Notes under the pieces: generated by a model
What the model saw: only the letters and a program-made list of their open reading frames with translations
The model's database searches: none
What the model was told of the DNA's origin: nothing
Source of the DNA: Candidatus Peribacter riflensis
GTDB lineage: Bacteria > Patescibacteriota > Gracilibacteria > Peribacterales > Peribacteraceae
Reading direction: 5' to 3'
NCBI GenBank assembly: GCA_001430755.1
Contig: CP013062.1
Location: 1,216,027 to 1,248,026, forward strand
Length of the DNA stretch: 32,000 nt
In this document: piece after piece, positions 23,801-29,126 of the stretch
Numbering within the stretch: position 1 is the first letter of the stretch
Layout of the letters: each line of letters begins with the position of its first letter
Program-made: the position numbers and the translations under genes

Positions 23801-25434
23801 AGACCTGCAGCAGTTCCTGCCAGTGCATCGGTACGCCCATTCCGCCCAGCTCGTCCTCCCGTTCTTCTTCGCGCTCCTCATCTTCTACTTCACACTCCTC
23901 CTCCGCATCTTCCGTCTCGAGCATGACCATTGCATCGTCGAGCGCGTCGCACGGTGTCAACGCGCTCTGCGGCAACGGTCTGCAGGAGGGCACCGAGCAG
24001 TGCGAAGCAGGCATTCCCTGTTACACGGGCCTCGTCTGCATGAATTGCCTGTGCATCTTCCCGCCCTCCTCATCTGCGGCGCCTCCCTCCTCCACATCTT
24101 CCGACGGCTTTGCTCAGGTCACCTGCGGCAATAGCACGTTGGAGGAGTATGAACAGTGCGAGCAGGGATTCGACTTCTGCCCGCCCGATTTTCTCTGTGA
24201 CTACACTTCGTGCTTCTGTCTGCCATCCGGGATGTTCTCGAGTGCGTCCTCTGCGGGGGTGTCTGTCGGCAGCCAGCCCCTCTGTGGCAACGGCGTTCTG
24301 GAAGTCACAGAGCAGTGCGATACGGGGAATCCGTGCCCCGGCGGGGATTTCTGCACTATTGCGTGCATGTGTGAATCACGCGGGGGGCCTGTACCCGTCG
24401 CACCTTCCACTGTCGTGCGCTGCGGCGATGGAATTCTCGGAGCAGGGGAACAGTGTGAATCCGGCATGCCCTGCAGTGACGGCGCCTTCTGCACCACATC
24501 CTGCCTCTGCCTCCGGAGTGAAACGGTCTCCCTCTGTGGCAACGGCGTGCTTAACCTCCGTGAGGAGTGCGACGACGGCAACACCGAGAATGGTGACGGC
24601 TGTGACCGGTCCTGCCGGAGAGAGGCTGCCGTTTTTGCACAGACCTGCGGTAACGGAGAACTGGAAGGAGGGGAACAGTGCGAGTTGAACAGTCTCTGCC
24701 CCCGTCCGGGGGACCAGTGCCTGAATTGCCAGTGCCGTGCCGTGTCGGAGTCGGCCTGCGGCAATGGGGTTCTCGAATTCCCCGAGGAGTGCGAGACCAC
24801 AGCCGCGTGTGCGGGTCTCTCGCACTTCTGTGCCAGTTGCCGCTGTGTCCCGTTTGTCTGCGGCGACAATGTCCGCGATCTCGGCGAGGAGTGTGACGAC
24901 GGCAACACGGCATCCGGCGACGGCTGCTCTGCCACCTGCCAGCGCGAGACGATCAATCTCATTGCCTCTCAGGCCATCTGCGGCAACGGTCTCATCGAGC
25001 GGGATGAGGAGTGTGACGACGGCAACACGGTTTCGGAGGATGGATGTTCCGCTGTCTGCCAGCGCGAAGTTCTGCCACCACGGTTAGAACTCACACTCCT
25101 TCCCGAGCAGCCCGCCTCTTCGTCTGTTGCCTTTCAGCCTGTTTCCAGCGCGCCTGCAGTGACCGTCCCGGTGCGCACCGGTCCTACCCCCAAGAGGGCA
25201 GTGTCTTCCGTTCCAGCCTTCTTTCCCGCTGCACCCGTTCCCTCTGCCCTTGCTCCTTCTATTCTCGCCACAACCATCGTCCAGCCGCCCTCCTGGCAGC
25301 CATATGCTTCCGTCGTTCCCTACGCTCCGCCCACGGGCCCCGTGGGTGCCACCGGTCCAGCCTCTGTCGCGGCGATGGCCGCAGGTGCAGCGGCGGGGTG
25401 GGCGTGGATGCGACGGAGAAAGAACAGGCGGTAG
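20893..25434 (+). CDS. Giant surface protein 5 (1513 aa), paralog of protein 2: FG-GAP propeller, nested FNADG-type propeller, 11 Cys-rich repeats, spacer, TGP-type C-terminal anchor
   Basis: 4.5 kb ORF. The start is uncertain (GTG 20893, ATG 20902 or ATG 20950), and all lie before the helix GFVVLGIAGVAVLGWI. GDLDADQIPDVVV, GDIDSNGVPDLAL and GDIDGDGQPDIMIG loops. Tail GPVGATGPASVAAMAAGAAAGWAWMRRRKNRR. Confidence 0.9.
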   Translation: MQQMANSSFEQKVIRSAGNMPDFLRSGAAASSLHRRRGFVVLGIAGVAVLGWISLQSRQSMHMFTAQVMGDTPYCGNNIRETGEQCDSGYAWGRIEGCGINQVCQRCQCVTLTSANQHCIGTACYAGVNNCPSGTPACDVTCACSAIWWPHCGDARCMSFEQGAGGRIIHPSATGPIQNRVEGFGMDIVPMGDLDADQIPDVVVLATGNGTPFVSGTIHVIYMNRNGTAKRIDPLPYVPERQGLAPLKLAYAMESVGDIDSNGVPDLALYAWTGTYTEGDYGNDEEIRILRLQRTAEGVSVLADRANPEPQEQARQGYGYDLAYLGNGRLAAYLGRGDSFDEAVGIFQISSNGNIAQIGTVQGVSGGNVLGAPGDLNGDGANDLLWNRTVAFLSQDGTSVLSQQTIAFGSPYFNDGFIHSNPWGDTDGNGVPDLLLGMVSQQGKYENIGIVGKVLLERTSGNPPLRVKSSQIMYSPEQPARFGGAFGRAAANVGDIDGDGQPDIMIGSPETFFCVDGTQVHGCSGTHPGAVWVYLSGAGVPICTADCGSAPISPSSSSAPIPPSSSSVPIPPSSSSVPIIPSSSSQAAVCGDGRFAATKQCEPSGMLQTLPTNGIPDAVRAGDFNADGNADLVTLNLSPNRTGSINVFLGAGDGSFSPGANYQVGNVQSVFQAADAQGDGKLDLLLGATHIMRGNGDGTFQPVSSLLPQGADVAVGDFNEDGRPDIFTTTVSSPNSPHVEQLFAGQAGGGFAAGVTVAEFPHPWSNIVTADFDADGHLDVAYLPTGNSNDPPGLTANFTVQILYGNGNGAFISVPLTLSSWTSGATGLWMADINGDGRSDLYMDGNGNVGPFWLNNGNRTFEAKNNYMGNLNDPAALIDVDGDGKADVITGGRTASPTIEIHKGNGDGSFVQSPLYSFGVTYPLWHSEGNIAQADFDHDGRLDFAIARTSIADAGANFIIVQISPCAPGQTCSSSCQCIGTPIPPSSSSRSSSRSSSSTSHSSSASSVSSMTIASSSASHGVNALCGNGLQEGTEQCEAGIPCYTGLVCMNCLCIFPPSSSAAPPSSTSSDGFAQVTCGNSTLEEYEQCEQGFDFCPPDFLCDYTSCFCLPSGMFSSASSAGVSVGSQPLCGNGVLEVTEQCDTGNPCPGGDFCTIACMCESRGGPVPVAPSTVVRCGDGILGAGEQCESGMPCSDGAFCTTSCLCLRSETVSLCGNGVLNLREECDDGNTENGDGCDRSCRREAAVFAQTCGNGELEGGEQCELNSLCPRPGDQCLNCQCRAVSESACGNGVLEFPEECETTAACAGLSHFCASCRCVPFVCGDNVRDLGEECDDGNTASGDGCSATCQRETINLIASQAICGNGLIERDEECDDGNTVSEDGCSAVCQREVLPPRLELTLLPEQPASSSVAFQPVSSAPAVTVPVRTGPTPKRAVSSVPAFFPAAPVPSALAPSILATTIVQPPSWQPYASVVPYAPPTGPVGATGPASVAAMAAGAAAGWAWMRRRKNRR
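21345..22533 (+). repeat. FG-GAP-type propeller of protein 5, bracketed by Cys half-motifs
   Basis: CGDARCMSFEQG lies upstream. Loops GDLDADQIPDVVV, GDIDSNGVPDLAL, GDLNGDGANDLLW, GDTDGNGVPDLLLG and GDIDGDGQPDIMIG. The downstream flank is ICTADCGS. Confidence 0.7.
22540..22647 (+). repeat. 27-bp x 4 in-frame tandem repeat encoding (A/V)PI(S/P/I)PSSSS
   Basis: The peptide is APISPSSSS APIPPSSSS VPIPPSSSS VPIIPSSSS. The unit ccgattcccccatcttcgtcttctgtt occurs twice without change. Confidence 0.9.
22660..23826 (+). other. Type-A Cys repeat split by an inserted FNADG/VCBS-like beta-propeller (protein 5), the counterpart of 8828-10027
   Basis: First half CGDGRFAATKQCEPS starts at 22660. Insert with FNADGNADLV, AQGDGKLDLL, FNEDGRPDIF, FDADGHLDVA, INGDGRSDLY, VDGDGKADVI and FDHDGRLDFA. 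Second half SPCAPGQTCSSSCQC ends at 23826. Confidence 0.75.
23968..25068 (+). repeat. Nine-repeat C-terminal Cys stalk of protein 5 (types A and B mixed)
   Basis: Includes CGNGLQEGTEQCEAGIPCYTGLVCMNCLC, CGNGVLEVTEQCDTGNPCPGGDFCTIACMC, CGNGVLNLREECDDGNTENGDGCDRSCRRE, CGNGELEGGEQCELNSLCPRPGDQCLNCQC, CGDNVRDLGEECDDGNTASGDGCSATCQRE and CGNGLIERDEECDDGNTVSEDGCSAVCQRE. Confidence 0.85.
24940..25299 (+). repeat. Copy 2 of the 360 bp identical block (matches 20383-20742)
   Basis: The evidence is the same as for copy 1. Confidence 0.85.
25336..25434 (+). other. Putative C-terminal sorting/anchor signal of protein 5
   Basis: GPVGATGPASVAAMAAGAAAGWAWMRRRKNRR followed by the stop. Confidence 0.6.
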
Positions 25435-25515
25435 AACGTGCGATCATTGGTTACTGATCAGAACAACACTGTGTCAATCAGGCAGCGGCAGCGGTTGTTG
25501 CTACACTCCAATGCA

Positions 25516-28500
25516 ATGATCAGCATGTTACGGCGTCTTCTCGGGAGCAGCGGCAAGCTTCTGGCGGTAGTGCTGGGGATTGTTCTTACTGTGACGATTT
25601 TCAATCGTTCTTCACTCCGCATTCCCTGGCTGGCGCAGGAGATGCCTGCGGATCCATGGGGTCTGGCGTGCGGTGGTACCTCGTTCTGCAATGAGTTTTC
25701 TTGGTGGTCGTTCACCTGTAATCCGGCGGCCAAATGTTGCGCAAAGCGTAATGGGGCATACGTTCAGGTTGTCGCGTGTGAGAATGTGAGCCCATCTGTC
25801 ACTCTTCCCGCGCACGGGTGGTGTGACTCTCCTGCACAGGTGGGGGATCTTTGCTACGACCCTGCTTCATGCACGTACGGAACGTGCGTTGAGTATGCTG
25901 GCCCATACTACCTCGAATGCAATCTTGCGGGCGGGGGGTACTGTCCCGAGGGCACCGGTTGTGACACGACGGGTGGTTGTGTTCTCTCCACTCCTTTCTG
26001 CGAAACAGACAGCGACTGCAACGATGGTAATTTACAGACGGTAGATACGTGTTCTGTCGGGGAGTGTAGCAATGTTCCAGGGGCCTATCCCGCCTCCTCA
26101 TCCACTCCGCCTCCTCCACCACCTCCCTCATCCTCCTCGGCTCCGGGAGGCTGCGCGTGCCCCCCCAATCCTGTCCCCGGCTGTGATCCTTTTGGTTGCC
26201 TCAATGGTCCTCCGCTTCCGGCTTTCTGTGTGTTAGTCGGCACGCCAGTCTTCAATCCTACAACCTGCGCAAACGAGTGCACCGGTTGCGATATGGAATG
26301 CGATACGGTCTATCCGCCTACTCCTTCTTCCGTCGCTCCCATCACGCTCCCTTGTGGCGGCGGGTCGGTGAGCGCTTCGACCAATGTCTTCGTGCAGGGG
26401 TCTGGAGGATGCAACTTCGCCGTCAGTACAACATTGACAGGATCACCCCACGGTTCCATCGCCTCGCCGCCAGGTGCCTCCCTGTATTGTCCTGGAGATA
26501 CGGTGACGATTGGCATGTCCTTCTCCTCGGCGGGAACCTACACGCTCGAGACCTGTTCAGAGTTCGATACCGCCTACTACGAGATGCAGGTCGACTATTA
26601 CTGCCAGCAAGAGACATGCGCCAACGGAATCTGGGGGCCAACGATTCCGGATCTCTGTACGCCGACACCAGGGGGAGGAAGCTGGTCAACGCCCTTCACG
26701 AATACGCCCCAATGCTCTCCACTGACCATTACGGTGAATGCGGCTACGGGCTGCTCCTCGGGCGGGAGCGGGGGCTCATCCGGCGGGTCGGGCGGTTCTT
26801 CGGGAGGGTCGGGTGGCTCTTCCGGTGGTTCCGGCGGATCGAGCAGCCATGCCTTCAGCAGCAGCTCCGGCGGCGGGAGCAGCGGAGTCAGCTCCGCAGG
26901 GGCCAGTAGCAGTTCACGGAGCAGTAGCTTCTCCGGTGTGAGCAGTATGGGCAGTTCGGCGAGTAGCACGCAGAGCCATTCCTCCAGTATCCCCATCCAG
27001 AGCTCTTCCGGCTCTGTTCCCTCGTCATACTCCTCCGGCATTTCCATTCAGAGTTCCGTCGGCACATCCTCTTTCAGATCTCTCGCGTCCTCGCGGTCAT
27101 CCTCCTCTTCCACGGGCTACTGCGGCAACGGGGTGCTTGATCCCATAGAAGACAGCCAGTGCGAGCCGAGTATCGGGTACGATAAGTGCTTTTTCTACGG
27201 TTTTGTCTGCGATGTGAGTACCTGCCGTTGTACGCCCTCCAGCACGAGCAGCAGTTACTCCTCCTCTTCCTGCCCGGGCGACCTCTGTAGCGGCCCGTAC
27301 GATCCCAACGGCGATGAGATCTGCGCTTCAATAGGTCTTTCCTGTGAGGAGCTCTCCGAACCTCCCTGCGCACGCTGCATCGGCGGATCTTCCTCCTCCA
27401 TCATCGTGCAGAGCAGCGCGACTTCCACCTCCTCCACCTCCTCCACCCTCTGCCCCGGCGATCTCTGCTCCGGCCCGTACGATCCCAACGGCGACAGTGT
27501 CTGCGCCTCGTATGGCCTTCTCTGTGAGGAGCTCTCCGAACCTCCCTGCGCACGCTGCATCGGCGGATCCTCCTCCTCCATCATCATCGTGCAGAGCAGT
27601 GCTACTTCCACCTCTTCCTCCCCCACCTCTCCGGGTTGCGGCAACGGCCTGCTCGATGCCGGCGAAGAGTGTGACGACAGTAACTGGAATGACGGCGACG
27701 GCTGCGATGATCTCTGCCGCATCGAGACAGGCCCGTGGTGCGGCAATGATGTGCTCGACCTGGGCGAACAGTGTGACGATGGTAACTGGGATGACGGCGA
27801 CGGCTGCAGCCGCTTCTGCCGAGATGAAGCCACGTTGGCTCCCCGCTGTGGTGACGGCTTCCTCGATCCCGGGGAGGAGTGCGACGACGGAAACCCCCGG
27901 AACGGTGACTACTGTTCCGTCCTCTGCCGTTGGGAGGGTCTCGAGCGGTGTGCCAACAACATCATCGAACCGCCCGAACAGTGTGATGACGGGAACACGC
28001 GTGACGGCGACGGCTGCAGCCGCTTCTGCCGCACAGAGCAGATTCTCGGCGGCCCGCTCTGCGGTGACGGCCTGCTCGATCCCGGCGAAGAGTGCGACGA
28101 CGGCAACACCGGCCCGGAGGACGGCTGCGACGCCTGGTGCCGCTGGGAGGGCTTCAACCGCTGCGGCAACCACATTCTCGAATGGGGCGAACAGTGCGAC
28201 GACGGCAACCTTTTCAACAGCGACGGCTGTTCCACCCTCTGCCAGCGGGAGCAGACCGCACCACTCTCTTCCTGCGGCGACGGGCGGAGGGCGAAGACCG
28301 AGCAGTGTGACGATGGCAATCCCCTCGACGGAGATGGCTGTGATCGCGGCTGCCGCATCGAATCCTTCTCCGCCGCCGCCGCCCTTCTCTGCGGCGACGG
28401 CCTGCGCGATGTCGGAGAGGAGTGTGATGATGGCAACCTCTCTAACGGTGACGGCTGCTCCTCACACTGTCTCTTCGAGCAGGGCCGTTGCGGCGACTCC

Positions 28501-29049
28501 ACTGTCCAGCGTGCATTGGGTGAACAGTGCGAACCTTCCCTCCACAACGCCTCTCTGCCGTACGGCTGCACCTCCACCTGTCGCTTCCTCCACCGTGAGT
28601 GCGGCAATGGCATTCCCAATCTGGGTGAGGAGTGTGACAGCGGCCCCCTCAATTCCAATCTGCCCGATGCCCCCTGCCGTCCCGATTGCTCCCTGCCCCA
28701 CTGCGGCGACATCGTCCTCGACCCGGTCGAGTTCTGCGATGATGGCAACCTGCTGGGCGGCGATGGCTGTGACGAATACTGCCGCCGGGAGGGAGGCTTG
28801 ATCACGCAGAGATCCTCTGCTGCTTCCACCTTTCCGTCGCTGCGGCCCGCTGCACCCGATGTCCGCGCACCAGCCCAGCCGCATGCGCCCCTCTTCGCCA
28901 CCCTGCAGACCTTCGAGCCCTGGAGGAGGGGATCCACCGTACGCGTGCCCACCCACGCTCCCGCCGGTGAGACCGGCCCTGCGAGCATGGCCGTGATGGC
29001 TGCCGGTGCTGCAGCAGGTCTGGCGTGGATGCGGAGGAAACGAAGTTGA
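25516..29049 (+). CDS. Giant surface protein 6 (~1177 aa): unique Cys-rich head, Gly/Ser and Ser-rich tracts, 2 CPGDLCSGPYDPNGD modules, 1 type-A-like and 11 mostly type-B Cys repeats, spacer, ETGP-type C-terminal anchor
   Basis: The ORF is open from GTG 25438. I prefer ATG 25516 because it yields a canonical signal peptide, MISMLRRLLGSSGKLLAVVLGIVLTVTIF. Repeats of the form CGDG.LDPGEECDDGN...GDGC...C..E. Tail AGETGPASMAVMAAGAAAGLAWMRRKRS. Confidence 0.85.
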   Translation: MISMLRRLLGSSGKLLAVVLGIVLTVTIFNRSSLRIPWLAQEMPADPWGLACGGTSFCNEFSWWSFTCNPAAKCCAKRNGAYVQVVACENVSPSVTLPAHGWCDSPAQVGDLCYDPASCTYGTCVEYAGPYYLECNLAGGGYCPEGTGCDTTGGCVLSTPFCETDSDCNDGNLQTVDTCSVGECSNVPGAYPASSSTPPPPPPPSSSSAPGGCACPPNPVPGCDPFGCLNGPPLPAFCVLVGTPVFNPTTCANECTGCDMECDTVYPPTPSSVAPITLPCGGGSVSASTNVFVQGSGGCNFAVSTTLTGSPHGSIASPPGASLYCPGDTVTIGMSFSSAGTYTLETCSEFDTAYYEMQVDYYCQQETCANGIWGPTIPDLCTPTPGGGSWSTPFTNTPQCSPLTITVNAATGCSSGGSGGSSGGSGGSSGGSGGSSGGSGGSSSHAFSSSSGGGSSGVSSAGASSSSRSSSFSGVSSMGSSASSTQSHSSSIPIQSSSGSVPSSYSSGISIQSSVGTSSFRSLASSRSSSSSTGYCGNGVLDPIEDSQCEPSIGYDKCFFYGFVCDVSTCRCTPSSTSSSYSSSSCPGDLCSGPYDPNGDEICASIGLSCEELSEPPCARCIGGSSSSIIVQSSATSTSSTSSTLCPGDLCSGPYDPNGDSVCASYGLLCEELSEPPCARCIGGSSSSIIIVQSSATSTSSSPTSPGCGNGLLDAGEECDDSNWNDGDGCDDLCRIETGPWCGNDVLDLGEQCDDGNWDDGDGCSRFCRDEATLAPRCGDGFLDPGEECDDGNPRNGDYCSVLCRWEGLERCANNIIEPPEQCDDGNTRDGDGCSRFCRTEQILGGPLCGDGLLDPGEECDDGNTGPEDGCDAWCRWEGFNRCGNHILEWGEQCDDGNLFNSDGCSTLCQREQTAPLSSCGDGRRAKTEQCDDGNPLDGDGCDRGCRIESFSAAAALLCGDGLRDVGEECDDGNLSNGDGCSSHCLFEQGRCGDSTVQRALGEQCEPSLHNASLPYGCTSTCRFLHRECGNGIPNLGEECDSGPLNSNLPDAPCRPDCSLPHCGDIVLDPVEFCDDGNLLGGDGCDEYCRREGGLITQRSSAASTFPSLRPAAPDVRAPAQPHAPLFATLQTFEPWRRGSTVRVPTHAPAGETGPASMAVMAAGAAAGLAWMRRKRS
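26761..26844 (+). repeat. (GGSGGSS) x 4, a perfect peptide repeat encoded with different synonymous codons in each unit
   Basis: The four units are ggc ggg agc ggg ggc tca tcc / ggc ggg tcg ggc ggt tct tcg / gga ggg tcg ggt ggc tct tcc / ggt ggt tcc ggc gga tcg agc. Confidence 0.9.
27271..27558 (+). repeat. Two copies, 180 bp apart, of a 36 aa five-Cys module CPGDLCSGPYDPNGD..CAS.GL.CEELSEPPCARC, each followed by GGSSSSII(I)VQSSATSTSS
   Basis: The copies lie at 27271-27378 and 27451-27558. They share long identical nucleotide runs, e.g. tgtgaggagctctccgaacctccctgcgcacgctgcatcggcggatc. Confidence 0.85.
27637..28791 (+). repeat. Eleven tandem Cys repeats, mostly type B (DUF4215/TIGR02232-like), forming the stalk of protein 6
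   Basis: Includes CGNGLLDAGEECDDSNWNDGDGCDDLCRIE, CGNDVLDLGEQCDDGNWDDGDGCSRFCRDE, CGDGFLDPGEECDDGNPRNGDYCSVLCRWE and CGDIVLDPVEFCDDGNLLGGDGCDEYCRRE. Confidence 0.85.
27838..28742 (+). repeat. Copy 1 of a ~905 bp block that appears base-identical to 30780-31684
   Basis: By-eye alignment at an offset of 2942 bp finds the first mismatch at 28743 (t) versus 31685 (c). Off-frame ORFs in the supplied track are identical between copies, e.g. 28092-28310 equals 31034-31252, and the minus-strand ORFs share long identical stretches. Confidence 0.85.
28963..29049 (+). other. Putative C-terminal sorting/anchor signal of protein 6
   Basis: AGETGPASMAVMAAGAAAGLAWMRRKRS followed by the stop. Confidence 0.6.
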
Positions 29050-29126
29050 GCAGAAGAACAAATGCTGGGCTCTGCAAGATTGCGTATCGCTCTTGGCCAT
29101 TTCTCGCGTGGTAGAGTTGGCTGGAT

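Noticed and set aside
27328-28988. Large alternative-frame ORFs (+ 485 aa at 27344-28801; - 281 aa and - 359 aa), with twins in 30555-31807.
   Set aside because: They are duplicated only because the underlying 905 bp block is duplicated. Their sequences are low-complexity (Ser/Pro/Ala/Arg). Frame 1 of each gene encodes the canonical CGDG..EECDDGN..GDGC repeats.
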